From a virus (taxonomy: Duplodnaviria; Caudoviricetes), in the IMG/VR virus record IMGVR_UViG_3300029913_000001: a DNA stretch of 64,000 nucleotides; one strand, 5' to 3'. Below, piece by piece: positions 9,074 through 19,359 of this stretch. The position numbers were made by a program, and so were the translations under genes. The notes beneath the pieces are model-generated. The model had not been told where the DNA came from. It saw nothing but the letters and a program-made list of their open reading frames with translations, and searched no databases. Position 1 is the first letter of the stretch. Every line of letters begins with the position of its first letter.

Positions 9074-10436
9074 GATACTTCACCCCGTTCGCTTGCGCTA
9101 TTTTAATTGCGGCAGCGCAAGCATGAGGAATATCATACACCACAAATGGAGCAGCAGTAACCGCGGCAATTTGAATTTCCTCTGAAGGATTTTGTATATA
9201 CATAATCGCACTTGGATTTTGAGTAACCGCGGCTAATTGAACTTCAGGTGACGCCTGGTTTTTAAAAAAACGTAAAACTAACCCCTCACGGGATACAGCC
9301 GCCATTTGCATTTCTTTTGTCGGAAATTTAATAAATTCAATAACATCGGGAGTACTTTTTATCGCTATTGATATAAGTTTGTCACTCACAGATACTTGCT
9401 GTAATAAATTACAGAGAACCCATGGATCTTTGGCATTTTGCAAAGCAATTTTTTTTAATTTTTCACTAGGATTTTTAATTGAATTTATTAAACGAGGCTC
9501 ATGAGATACCGCAATTTCTTTAACCTTTTCACTAGGATTTTTCAGATATCTGAATAACCATGCATTGTGTCTAGCTATAAAAAGTTGCATTTCTTCATCT
9601 TGATCCGTAACAAATTCAATTGCAGCAGGTTTATGTTTTAAGGCATATAGAATTAGTTTTCTAGAGGGATTTTTAACATATTTTAATGCTACTCCCGACG
9701 ACGCGCAGGCGGTCAAAATCATTTTTTCCGTTGGATTTATAATATATTTTAAAAAATTCCCAGTTGCACGTAATACGGAAAGTATAATTTTTTCAGCCGT
9801 GGCATCACCAAATAATTCATACATAATAATAGGAAAAGATAATTCGTCTGCCCGTATAGCGATATATGCTCCATGAATGCAAACTTCACTACTCGATCGC
9901 AAGGCATTGTATATACCTACATTATTTTTAAATTTATATTTGTCAACGAACTCTTTTGCCGTTAGATTATGTAAATCTTCCTGAAAAGAATTACTATCCT
10001 CATAGTAATTTGATAAAGAATACTCGGCTGTTAAATCATTGGCTGCCGGAGTCCACATATACGAAAACCCATCAATAGGAAAAATAACAAATCGATCTCC
10101 ATAATGTGCAATATCCATACCCGAAGCAGTTACAAAAATACTATTTTTTCGGAGAGCCGTAAATCCCATCTTAGATAGTTTATCATCAATTAATTTCTGA
10201 TTACGCCGGTCGGTATCTCTAGGGCGTCGATCGTTAAACGGTTTTCCTATAAAAATATTTGACCCATTTTCATAGGTACCTCGATAAAAAATTCGATTTG
10301 TTTTACGATAGTCCTCTAGAATTTTTTTGCACCTACGTTTAATAAACGCAATTGCATCATTAAGCTGCTCCGGAGTCAATAATAATTTACCTCCGGGCTT
10401 TATTTCTCCATACTTAATAATTTCATTTATGTGCAT
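9063..10436 (-). CDS. Tandem paralog: ART-like domain plus about 10 NPSE-type repeats; MHINEI leader
   Basis: YRG...RKNSIFVT...YG..FVIFP...EVC; clear similarity to 7934..9073. Confidence 0.55.
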   Translation of the reverse strand: MHINEIIKYGEIKPGGKLLLTPEQLNDAIAFIKRRCKKILEDYRKTNRIFYRGTYENGSNIFIGKPFNDRRPRDTDRRNQKLIDDKLSKMGFTALRKNSIFVTASGMDIAHYGDRFVIFPIDGFSYMWTPAANDLTAEYSLSNYYEDSNSFQEDLHNLTAKEFVDKYKFKNNVGIYNALRSSSEVCIHGAYIAIRADELSFPIIMYELFGDATAEKIILSVLRATGNFLKYIINPTEKMILTACASSGVALKYVKNPSRKLILYALKHKPAAIEFVTDQDEEMQLFIARHNAWLFRYLKNPSEKVKEIAVSHEPRLINSIKNPSEKLKKIALQNAKDPWVLCNLLQQVSVSDKLISIAIKSTPDVIEFIKFPTKEMQMAAVSREGLVLRFFKNQASPEVQLAAVTQNPSAIMYIQNPSEEIQIAAVTAAPFVVYDIPHACAAAIKIAQANGVKYRAN

Positions 10437-10524
10437 TATGAATTCTTCCCTGAGTTATAGTTATGATATTTTCCTGGTATTGCTATAGTTCCAATTAACT
10501 CTGTAAATTCTTCGCAATAATACA

Positions 10525-10902
10525 TTATTTTGGATGCGCACCAGAATTATGATTGTTAGGGGAGTGTTTATGAATTTCAGGAGTCTCTGCGCTATTTCTA
10601 TTTCCCAATTTTTTACCTGGATGCCCGCATAAGGCCGACGCTTTATCAATCATATCTTGTTCTTGTTGGGTATAAGCTGCACTAAAGGCTTGATCTTCAT
10701 ATGGACCATAAGGAGCAATTTTTGGCTCATCAGGATAACTTGCAGCCATTATCATAGATCTCATGTGAAAATATTGGTCCCCGTTTGGGTACCAAGTAGG
10801 ATTCGGTATCGCCGCCGATTGCTCAGGATGAATAGAACCGTGTGCTGTTTCGGCAAGCATCCCTAATCTTCTAGCACGTATTGGACTAATAGATCTTTCC
10901 AT
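10525..10902 (-). CDS. Hypothetical protein, probably virion-associated
   Basis: Co-oriented ORF with TAATG coupling in the late cluster. Confidence 0.55.
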   Translation of the reverse strand: MERSISPIRARRLGMLAETAHGSIHPEQSAAIPNPTWYPNGDQYFHMRSMIMAASYPDEPKIAPYGPYEDQAFSAAYTQQEQDMIDKASALCGHPGKKLGNRNSAETPEIHKHSPNNHNSGAHPK

Positions 10903-11189
10903 TATACATTACCAATTAGATTTTCTAATCCTCGAGTCGGAACTATTTCATAATTTTTATCTTTTAAAAATTGCTGAATAAGCTGGGTAAAATCATCTTC
11001 TTCATTAGCCTCTTCTAAATAGTCTGCTAACTGCCCAACAGGATCGTCGTCAGTAGCCGCAGGCTGGCTAAAATCAAATTGATGATCTTGCGCTGCAGGT
11101 TCAGTTGACGGCTCTACATCATTTTCGGCTTCCATTATTAGATCAGAATATGATCTAAGTAACTCAACACTATTTTTAACATTAGTCAT
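10902..11189 (-). CDS. Small acidic protein, probable head/core component
   Basis: GGAG Shine-Dalgarno before ATG 11189; LLRSYSDLIMEAE N-terminus. Confidence 0.6.
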   Translation of the reverse strand: MTNVKNSVELLRSYSDLIMEAENDVEPSTEPAAQDHQFDFSQPAATDDDPVGQLADYLEEANEEDDFTQLIQQFLKDKNYEIVPTRGLENLIGNV

Positions 11190-14097
11190 AATATTCATCT
11201 CCCCACTTACCGGTTCCCTCACCAAAACATTCTGAACATGTTAGCCCTGCAACTTTACCTGTTCCGCTGCATCTAGAGCAAGCATTAAATTTCTTTTTTG
11301 CTGGCACATCAAGTAAATCATCCAAATCCTCATGCGATAATTCTGTTGAATCTACCTCGGGAAATGTATCTAATGAATCCATTGGATTACCTTTTTGAAA
11401 GGTTAAAGTTTGTAATAATGCTGTCCTGCCGGTACCTTCTTTTGAAAAGCCAAACTCATCATTTATTGCCCAATCAAACTTGCCATCTTTTGATACCGTG
11501 ATAAAATCACCATCACCACGAGTAAAAACATGAGAAGAATGATTACCGGATTCTTCCTCTTCCGGACTATGCGTATATCCAAAATTAGCTAACTTACTTT
11601 CTAAATGTTTAAAATTTAATTGATTGGCCGTATATTTTGCATCATTTTCCGTTAATGATTCGCTAGGTACAGAATCAGCAAGTTTATTTTTAACTCGCTC
11701 TATTTCGGCTTTAATGGCATGCCTATTAGGAGCTTTTGCTGATACCGCCATATTATATCTTTTTTTCAATGCCGATAATTTTTCCCTAAGAGTTTGCTCT
11801 TCGTTTTCATTAATAACCGTTTCATTTACTCCTCGACGTTTTAATTCTTGTCGAATTGCTTTCTGCTGAAGTCCTGCAGGAGAATGCTTTGCAGTAGTAT
11901 CTGGGTTTGCTAGCATCTTCTTTAATTCTGGGATTGTCATTTTTCTAACTCTAGATATAACGGATTTTGGTGTTGCATCCAATTCAGGATCCCATCCAGC
12001 AAGACCACGTTTAATTTCCTTGCCCAAGCCCTCATCCAGAGTTTTAAATTTACCTGCTAAATTTTCAGCAATTGCATTAACCTTTGCGTTCTCATGCAAC
12101 GGTTTATCAATTTTATTAACCGCAACCTTCAATGGGTTATCACCAATACGATTTGGGAACATATCGTGCGACTGGCTCAATCCCTGAGTATCATCACACA
12201 CCGCCCTCCAATGAGCAATTTGCTCATTTGGTTCATTCGCCCATGCTTTCGGCGCACCATTAAGCCCGGTTGATTTTCTAGAGGGCGTTAATGATTCATC
12301 AACCTTTTTATCGTTTGCTGTCTTGCAATTATCACACATCATTTTACCATCCTTCATTCTCCATCGAGCGGTTTTTTTGCAATCTGCTGCGCTGCACCTA
12401 ACCCCGGGATGTTTAATTCTTTTTGGCTCCGCTGATTCATCAAGATAGGAATAAGAATCACCTTGATCAATTTTGCCACTTTTTAATTGAGCTCTAATTT
12501 GAGCTTCGGGAGTTTCCCCACCATGATTGTATTTAAACCCACAAGATCCGCATTTATAACTCCACTTTCCGGAAGCAATATAATCATCTTGGGATAATGG
12601 GTTACCGCAAAAATCACATTCGTGTCCCCGTGCATGAAATTCATTTAACTTCGATTCATTAAGATTTGGTACAACCTTAACATCCACAACTTCATTCTTT
12701 CCCTTAATAGCCGTGGCCTTAGTTACAGCAGATTCACGATCATCAAACTTAAACGCCTTCTCTTTTGAAGTAACCCATTTAGTAGGAGTTAAACTTAGAT
12801 AAGTTACAGGAGAAGTTTTAGTCTTACGAGCCTGAATTGAGTAACTCTTTGCTTCATCTAACGTATGTTTTTTATCATAACATTTACTACATAATCCATT
12901 ATATCTATCATTATGAATTACTTTGCCGCAATTTTGACAAACATCTTCGAAATCTTCATTGCTATCAAATTTTGATTCACTCATATTCATTTCAGTATCT
13001 GGTTCCATCAAAATTTCTTTTGGCTCTGCTTGAGAAATAGGAGCAGAAGAATTTAACCCAGATAATTCAATAATTCTAGCTAACTCTTCGGCTTTATCAT
13101 TATCGGCTGTTATGGTAATAGACTTTCTACTGGTCTTGCTATCATAACTTGTGGTAATATTAACGCTAGATTCTTCCGGTTCACAATATTGGCATTCATC
13201 TAGAGGATCTCGATCACCATATATATCATGATAGCAGACATCACAAAGTAATCCTTCGTCACATTCATGATTAGCTACTCGTTTGAAACAACCCTCGCAA
13301 TAATCATCCGCACCTTCTTCAAATTCGTCGTCTTCCCGATAGGCTTCTTTAATCTTTTTCATTTTTTTATCTGTAATATATCCTTGCCCATTACATTCTG
13401 GACAATTCATTTCACCGGTTCCCTTGCATTCTGAACACTTATCGTTTCCGGCATGGCCATTACATACCTGGCAAGGAATTACACCATCAGCCGTACAATT
13501 ATTGCAAACGGATTCGGTTACTTTTTTCTTTCGAGAAATACTTTCTGATACAAAGGGCTTAAGAGCTGAATTACAATTACGACACTCAGTTTTACTCGAG
13601 TCGAATACTTCACCACAATTAGGACAATATTGCGCTTCGTCGTTTGACTCAGGCATACGAGCGGCATTTTCATCATCCTGCTGTGCTGCCCGGGTGTCAA
13701 TATCCTCCTCTGATTCGTAATTGTCATTAAATGTAACTTCGTCTTCAAAATCATAAGAATTATCTGCGGCCATCGGCTGAGCAGCTTCGACTTCGTCATC
13801 GCTAAGATAAGTTCGAAGTAATTCCTCCCTGGTAGAATGCGTCAGATTTCTCCAGGAATCGCCATATTCATCATATAAACGATCACTTACCGCCTCCCTC
13901 GCACCTTCTCCATCAATTCCACGAACCGACATTAAATCGGGAGCAATTCCAGACCATACATCAAAAATACGATCACCCCAATTAGATGGGGTAAAATTTC
14001 CGGCTTCCTTAACTACAGAAGTGGGCGGCGTTGCACTCATAGTATTTGACTGTAATGAATTAAAAGTAGCTAATATACGACTGAAGTCGAAATTCAT
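11182..14097 (-). CDS. 971-aa mosaic head/core-like protein with 7 Cys-rich zinc-finger modules
   Basis: Seven CxxC clusters (two DnaJ-like CxxCxGxG); recurrent hydrophobic-x-E-[SANG] linkers; ELARIIELSGL and WANEP...GDNPL segments. Confidence 0.7.
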   Translation of the reverse strand: MNFDFSRILATFNSLQSNTMSATPPTSVVKEAGNFTPSNWGDRIFDVWSGIAPDLMSVRGIDGEGAREAVSDRLYDEYGDSWRNLTHSTREELLRTYLSDDEVEAAQPMAADNSYDFEDEVTFNDNYESEEDIDTRAAQQDDENAARMPESNDEAQYCPNCGEVFDSSKTECRNCNSALKPFVSESISRKKKVTESVCNNCTADGVIPCQVCNGHAGNDKCSECKGTGEMNCPECNGQGYITDKKMKKIKEAYREDDEFEEGADDYCEGCFKRVANHECDEGLLCDVCYHDIYGDRDPLDECQYCEPEESSVNITTSYDSKTSRKSITITADNDKAEELARIIELSGLNSSAPISQAEPKEILMEPDTEMNMSESKFDSNEDFEDVCQNCGKVIHNDRYNGLCSKCYDKKHTLDEAKSYSIQARKTKTSPVTYLSLTPTKWVTSKEKAFKFDDRESAVTKATAIKGKNEVVDVKVVPNLNESKLNEFHARGHECDFCGNPLSQDDYIASGKWSYKCGSCGFKYNHGGETPEAQIRAQLKSGKIDQGDSYSYLDESAEPKRIKHPGVRCSAADCKKTARWRMKDGKMMCDNCKTANDKKVDESLTPSRKSTGLNGAPKAWANEPNEQIAHWRAVCDDTQGLSQSHDMFPNRIGDNPLKVAVNKIDKPLHENAKVNAIAENLAGKFKTLDEGLGKEIKRGLAGWDPELDATPKSVISRVRKMTIPELKKMLANPDTTAKHSPAGLQQKAIRQELKRRGVNETVINENEEQTLREKLSALKKRYNMAVSAKAPNRHAIKAEIERVKNKLADSVPSESLTENDAKYTANQLNFKHLESKLANFGYTHSPEEEESGNHSSHVFTRGDGDFITVSKDGKFDWAINDEFGFSKEGTGRTALLQTLTFQKGNPMDSLDTFPEVDSTELSHEDLDDLLDVPAKKKFNACSRCSGTGKVAGLTCSECFGEGTGKWGDEYYD

Positions 14098-14106
14098 GAT
14101 TACTCC

Positions 14107-14718
14107 CTATCGAGCAAAGCTCGTAACTTTAGGTAATTTATTTTTTGAGCTACCCATTGCAGATTTCTCACCTATCTTAAATTCAGGATCATTCAATGTC
14201 TTGCCTTTTTCTTTTCGTAATTCTTTTGGTATAATTTGATCTGTGCTTCCAGCGGCATTCTTAACCAATCTAGAATTATATTCGTCCCCGTAATTAGCAT
14301 CGGCAATTACTTTATTATCTTGTTTTGGATAATCTTGATCCAATAATGCCTTATCGCTCGTATTAGCGGCAATTTCGAAATCTTCTTTATCCACACTAGC
14401 TTCGTGGTCGGAAGTCACAACCGAAACTGTTTCTAATTCGAGGCCAATGTTAGCGATTGTATGCCGAATAAATTCTGCCGGAGCAGGATAAGCAACCGAA
14501 ACATTAAAAATATAAGTTTCCGGATTACTAATGCCTGGAAAATCTTTATCAACCCGCTTAATGGGTTGGCTACGAACGGCCGTAATATCAACTAATTCAT
14601 ACCTAGAAAGAGCCCGCTCGATTTTAGTTAATATATCGTCCGTTGGTTTAAACAAGAGCTTCACGGTATATTCGTAATTTCTAACACTTTCAAAAAGATA
14701 TTCGCTAAATTTTTTCAT
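14107..14718 (-). CDS. Probable virion structural protein; MKKFSEYLFE leader
   Basis: ATAAATA at 14735-14741 and GAGG Shine-Dalgarno; T4 internal-protein-like N-terminus. Confidence 0.6.
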   Translation of the reverse strand: MKKFSEYLFESVRNYEYTVKLLFKPTDDILTKIERALSRYELVDITAVRSQPIKRVDKDFPGISNPETYIFNVSVAYPAPAEFIRHTIANIGLELETVSVVTSDHEASVDKEDFEIAANTSDKALLDQDYPKQDNKVIADANYGDEYNSRLVKNAAGSTDQIIPKELRKEKGKTLNDPEFKIGEKSAMGSSKNKLPKVTSFAR

Positions 14719-14733
14719 TATAAACCTCTATAT

Positions 14734-15222
14734 CTATTTATCAGGTTCTATTGGTTTCTTCAACAATTGAGCCAACAACTCATTACGGGTGAACGTAGTA
14801 GAATTGCCGTCTATGGGCTCTTCTGCTGATTTTGTTTTCCCATCAGCAACTTGCTTCTTAATCTGAAGAGCAATCATATCCAATTTTTTCTTAATTTTAT
14901 TCGTACGAGCCGTAACGGCATGGCCTAACATATTTGCGGCAGCCCCCGCTATTTCTCCGGCAAATCGTTGTTCTATGTTCATCGAAAGATCCATTAAGTC
15001 TTTATGTGCTGTAATTGCATAATTAGCTAATTCATCAAGCTCTAAATCGGTCGCATCTAATCCACATACCTGAGGCAATGCAGCTTCAATTTTATCTAAT
15101 TCCTTATATCGATCTAATGTCGCTGGTTGAACAACTTCAATCGCCATTTCTTTTACGGTATCATCGGCTAAACTCATAGGAGCAAGATTGAATTCTTCTT
15201 CTAGATTTGTATTAATTTTCAT
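14734..15222 (-). CDS. terS: Terminase small subunit (gp16-like)
   Basis: Helical 162-aa protein with C-terminal TRNELL; position in the packaging/neck cluster. Confidence 0.6.
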   Translation of the reverse strand: MKINTNLEEEFNLAPMSLADDTVKEMAIEVVQPATLDRYKELDKIEAALPQVCGLDATDLELDELANYAITAHKDLMDLSMNIEQRFAGEIAGAAANMLGHAVTARTNKIKKKLDMIALQIKKQVADGKTKSAEEPIDGNSTTFTRNELLAQLLKKPIEPDK

Positions 15223-16656
15223 TTAGATTATTAAACTCCAATTAGCGGCAGTATAAGGACCGTCAACCGCTTGAATCCATGTGTTTCCGTTCCATTGGTA
15301 CTGAACCCCATTACCGATATCCTCCACAAATTGAATATTACCAACATTATTATTTGCTGAAAATGTTGTTATCCATGCATTACTATTGCTATTATATGTG
15401 ATAATATCGTTAATGTTAGCTGATGCCGTACCTACATATAAGGGCCATTCTGATATCAGATCAATATCTGTTTCAGTTTCTAAATCTGAACCAGATTCTA
15501 TTATCAAATTAACATTTGCATAATTATCATATGGAAATTGACTTCCGATATTTCCCGTTAATAAATAACTCTGGCCAGATGTTGGAAACGGTAATCCAAA
15601 GCCAGGCGCGACTTCCATCGGATTTACAATGCCTGTTATCGGTGGGATTGTATTAATGGGTAAAGAAGTTTCATCAATATTATATAACATATTAGTTGAA
15701 TCCGAAGGATCAATAGTAATAGTTCCGATAACTTCATTTGCATTATCAGCATAACTAAGAGATATCTGTGAAACTCCTGGTCGTAAATTTCCATAACTAG
15801 ATAAAATAGCGCCCCAATCTTGAGGTTGACCATATACGCCCACAATATTAGGCGACGTTAATCCTTGTTTCAGTATTTTAATTATACCATTTTGCACAAA
15901 AATTCCATAGTTATTAAATGTTACTACTGATCGCGTGCCGAACATTAAATCATTGCAATCTGATAATTCAATAATATCTGTTATTACTTTAAAAATAACA
16001 TTCATCTTACTAACACTAGCTGATAATGTCATCCAAATTGGAGATTCAAACTGTAGCGTCGTTATGTCATAGGTAGTATCGGTTCCTTGACCAACCGGTA
16101 TTGTTCTACTAGACCAGATAGTATCTGTTAATTCAAGATAACTTAAACTGTCCCATGCCAAAAAATTATCGCTTTTCTGAATTTCCATCGCAGGATTAAA
16201 CAGCGGCAAAATTTGTTCAAGAATTTGCATTTTTTGCTGCGTGTTACTAGTGACAATATCTAACCGCATTTCCATTTTATATGGCGCGGGCATAGGTCGT
16301 TTAATAGTATATGCATTTCCTTGTAGAGGTAAAAACGTATTTGATATAGGATCATACTGCCGCGTTCTTAAATTTTTTGAATCAACATACGTTGGATCCT
16401 GCGATCTACTTCTATCATATTTTAAATTATTAATATAGATGCTCATCATCGGAATAGTCGGCATCATATTTTCTGAGTTTAGTCGTTGAATTGTAGCAGC
16501 TTGCATTGACCCGTCACCCCAAATAATAGGTACGGTCATATACAATTGATTTCCCGATGCATCGACATTATATTGAACTTGCAATCCCGAGAAAACTCGA
16601 ATCACCTGCAATATCCAATTTCTTAACTGCGCCGAATAATGAAAATTCTCTGGCAT
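15223..16656 (-). CDS. gp15: Tail terminator/sheath stabilizer (gp15-like) with C-terminal extension
   Basis: VPIIWG, PMMS, MPAPY, QILEQILPLFNP motifs. Confidence 0.8.
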   Translation of the reverse strand: MPENFHYSAQLRNWILQVIRVFSGLQVQYNVDASGNQLYMTVPIIWGDGSMQAATIQRLNSENMMPTIPMMSIYINNLKYDRSRSQDPTYVDSKNLRTRQYDPISNTFLPLQGNAYTIKRPMPAPYKMEMRLDIVTSNTQQKMQILEQILPLFNPAMEIQKSDNFLAWDSLSYLELTDTIWSSRTIPVGQGTDTTYDITTLQFESPIWMTLSASVSKMNVIFKVITDIIELSDCNDLMFGTRSVVTFNNYGIFVQNGIIKILKQGLTSPNIVGVYGQPQDWGAILSSYGNLRPGVSQISLSYADNANEVIGTITIDPSDSTNMLYNIDETSLPINTIPPITGIVNPMEVAPGFGLPFPTSGQSYLLTGNIGSQFPYDNYANVNLIIESGSDLETETDIDLISEWPLYVGTASANINDIITYNSNSNAWITTFSANNNVGNIQFVEDIGNGVQYQWNGNTWIQAVDGPYTAANWSLII

Positions 16657-17090
16657 TATTTTTTACCTGGATTCTTAAAGAGTTCTAATTCCGTTAAAAT
16701 TCGAAACGAGCATCCATTTTTAGCGGCATATGCTAATGCCGCATTCCATTTTGCATGATTCTTTAAAATCTGAGCCTGATTAATTTTGCTCTTTGTCTTT
16801 ACTTGCCCTGTTTGATTAGTAGGCTTAATTTCGATAATTTCAGCATGTTTAACACCGTCTGCGTCAAGATAGATAATGAAAAAATCAGGAAAGTATCGTT
16901 TATTTTTTCCTGTTAATGGGTCTCTATATCCGATAGCTATCGATTCGCTTGCCCACTGAAGGATACTCGGATGGTTATCGAGAAATAGCATAAACGTAGA
17001 CTCCCACGACGATCGGTATGTTGGAATTCGTTGGCCGATATATTTCTCTTTATTCTTTACCTGATATAAACCTTTTGCCCATTTTCCCAT
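16656..17090 (-). CDS. gp4: Head completion nuclease (gp4-like, TnsA fold)
   Basis: YRSSWE, WASE, RYFPDF, EIKP motifs. Confidence 0.9.
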   Translation of the reverse strand: MGKWAKGLYQVKNKEKYIGQRIPTYRSSWESTFMLFLDNHPSILQWASESIAIGYRDPLTGKNKRYFPDFFIIYLDADGVKHAEIIEIKPTNQTGQVKTKSKINQAQILKNHAKWNAALAYAAKNGCSFRILTELELFKNPGKK

Positions 17091-17392
17091 TATGCTGCGA
17101 TCTCCCTTGCAATAAAAACAGGTGTTCCTTGATTTGATGCAACACCTATCAACGCATTCCGTGTTCTAACTGAATTTAATTGTGCAGCTAACATTATCGG
17201 GGAAATAGTTCCACTCTTAATTTGCTGAATTAGGGCCGCAGGAGTTATGCTCATGTTTTGGGCTATCAAAACATACATTTGAACTAATTCTGAGACTACC
17301 ACCGCATTCGAGCTCTGGCTTTCAGCATAGGCCTGAACATAGTCGAAGTTATTACGTTCAATATAGGAATTTTTTGTTTTAATAATAGCCAT
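17090..17392 (-). CDS. Hypothetical protein
   Basis: Coupled by TAATG to both neighbours. Confidence 0.6.
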   Translation of the reverse strand: MAIIKTKNSYIERNNFDYVQAYAESQSSNAVVVSELVQMYVLIAQNMSITPAALIQQIKSGTISPIMLAAQLNSVRTRNALIGVASNQGTPVFIAREIAA

Positions 17393-18135
17393 TAATATTC
17401 CTCCTCAACAAAATAGGCGGGCCCAGAAAACCATAGTTCATGAGAATCAGTGAGTGTAGGCAAAACTGATAATTTATAAAGCCCGAAAAAATTTTTCCCT
17501 GGATTTAGCGCGTGACTAAGCGCTTGGGAAAAAGATGTAAATTTGCTTAACGTTTCAAAACTTATTGAAAAATTGTCGCATATGTGCTCTACAAAATCTT
17601 CTGATTTTAATAGTACATGCCAATTCTTATTTAAAGCGTCAATAATCTTTGAGACTGTTTGTATATTGTCTATGGGTATCATATCACAATAAGACGCGAA
17701 CGATTTAAAGTAGTACGAAAAACTGCCAAGGTTTAAATTTTCAAATGCATTCCAAAAATCAGAAGTGGGGCAGACTCCCACTAGTGGGTTATTTAAAGGG
17801 TATACTTGATAAACAGTCCCATAACACGATGCGTCATCTAAATCAGATGTGCAAATAAAACTTTTTGATCTTTTAGGATATCGATTCCATTCAGGTAAAA
17901 AATTATCTATAATTAATGTATAATAATTTTCAGTATTTGCCGATACACGTTCTATAGTTCTGCTGTCTCCATATATCAGTTTATTGACATGTACGGTATT
18001 TATTCCTCGATAAATGTTTATAGGAGATGAAACCGCAATTGGACATTTTTCCGATAGAAAATTATATATATCGGATGCCTCGATATTAATTAATGTTGCT
18101 TGAGGACTATTTTCTTGTATTTCAAAGATTCTCAT
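17392..18135 (-). CDS. ART-like protein, subfamily B; MRIFEI leader
   Basis: YRG...NYYTLIID..W..YPKRSKSFICTS...YG...ELW; paralog of 27457..28221. Confidence 0.5.
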   Translation of the reverse strand: MRIFEIQENSPQATLINIEASDIYNFLSEKCPIAVSSPINIYRGINTVHVNKLIYGDSRTIERVSANTENYYTLIIDNFLPEWNRYPKRSKSFICTSDLDDASCYGTVYQVYPLNNPLVGVCPTSDFWNAFENLNLGSFSYYFKSFASYCDMIPIDNIQTVSKIIDALNKNWHVLLKSEDFVEHICDNFSISFETLSKFTSFSQALSHALNPGKNFFGLYKLSVLPTLTDSHELWFSGPAYFVEEEY

Positions 18136-19289
18136 TATACGCCAACCGATAATGGTGGATTACCACTTGTTCCAAATCCCTTAGCCGCTGTCGGTACTCC
18201 AATAATTGAACTTCCGGATGCGACTTCGACTGCCGAATTCAATAAATTAACACCGCCACTAGCTTCTGCCATAACTGTTGCAACCGAAGTTATTCCGCCT
18301 TTATTACTACCTACAGTAGAAGCTAATCCGATAGCACCCTCGGTTGTATTAATAATAGATGAAATTGCTGATCCTATACCAGGCTGTCCTAGCGGGCTTT
18401 TAGTATTATCGAATAATGTTGCAGTAACCGAATCCCAGCTTGCAACTTCATCGTTATTTAGATGCCCAGAATTATACAATACAGTTTCATATTCTATTGA
18501 CATTTTATTTGTCATGTATTCAGACGTGCCAAAATCTAAGGTATCATGCTCAAAACTGGTAATAACAGGATTTACAAGTACAAACTCATTATATTCAGGC
18601 CCAATGGTTTTATTAACCGATCTATTAAATTGATAAATTCTAATACTTTCAAAAAATGAATTTGTTCTGTTAAAACTAGATCCTGGGGCGGCTTGTAATT
18701 GGACTCCGGTAGACGTTGTTTTAGAAGTATCTAATCCAAAACTGCCAAATGTCGGGCTATAAACTGAACTAATATTTCCGGTTGATTGATCCCATTGAGA
18801 TGGTATATTCATTCCTTGTGTTTGGGAAGAACTCCAATTAACATAATTGGGGTCGGCATTCATATATTGATAATATGCATAAAGAAAATGATCGATTACA
18901 TTGATAGTATCGTCCCACATTGTAATTGATATTGGCTCATAATTTGTCTTAACTGTATTTAAAGACCATCTATTATATTGATTATTTTTCTTAACCTCAA
19001 ATTTAATATTTGGTAATGAAACTGTTCTCGCTAGCACACCTAACACCGGAAGGTTTGCTGATTTCCAATTAATTCTATCGCTGGAGGTAGCGGATGATAA
19101 ACTTTGATTTACTTGCGTTACAACCGCAGGATTCAGTTGAAAATAAATATGAAACCAATTTTTGGATTTAGGCAATAAGCTACTATTATTTGGTCCAAAA
19201 ATTTTAGCCGCGTGTCGATAATCACGCAAATTAATATCTGGTTGCGATGCATATTGCAAGGTTGAAAGGACAGATTGAAGAGTTCCCAT
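18135..19289 (-). CDS. Tail-tube-like baseplate protein (gp48/gp54-like)
   Basis: VSLP...YEPISITMWDD tube-fold motif; adjacent to the tube gene. Confidence 0.65.
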   Translation of the reverse strand: MGTLQSVLSTLQYASQPDINLRDYRHAAKIFGPNNSSLLPKSKNWFHIYFQLNPAVVTQVNQSLSSATSSDRINWKSANLPVLGVLARTVSLPNIKFEVKKNNQYNRWSLNTVKTNYEPISITMWDDTINVIDHFLYAYYQYMNADPNYVNWSSSQTQGMNIPSQWDQSTGNISSVYSPTFGSFGLDTSKTTSTGVQLQAAPGSSFNRTNSFFESIRIYQFNRSVNKTIGPEYNEFVLVNPVITSFEHDTLDFGTSEYMTNKMSIEYETVLYNSGHLNNDEVASWDSVTATLFDNTKSPLGQPGIGSAISSIINTTEGAIGLASTVGSNKGGITSVATVMAEASGGVNLLNSAVEVASGSSIIGVPTAAKGFGTSGNPPLSVGV

Positions 19290-19318
19290 GTAAGTATTTA
19301 TGCGATAGCAGACAAAGA

Positions 19319-19345
19319 GAATGGGCTGAAAAATTCAGCCCATTC
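19319..19345 (-). terminator. Terminator after the tail tube gene
   Basis: GAATGGGCTGAA-aaa-TTCAGCCCATTC 12-bp stem. Confidence 0.75.
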
Positions 19346-19359
19346 AAACAAAATATAAT

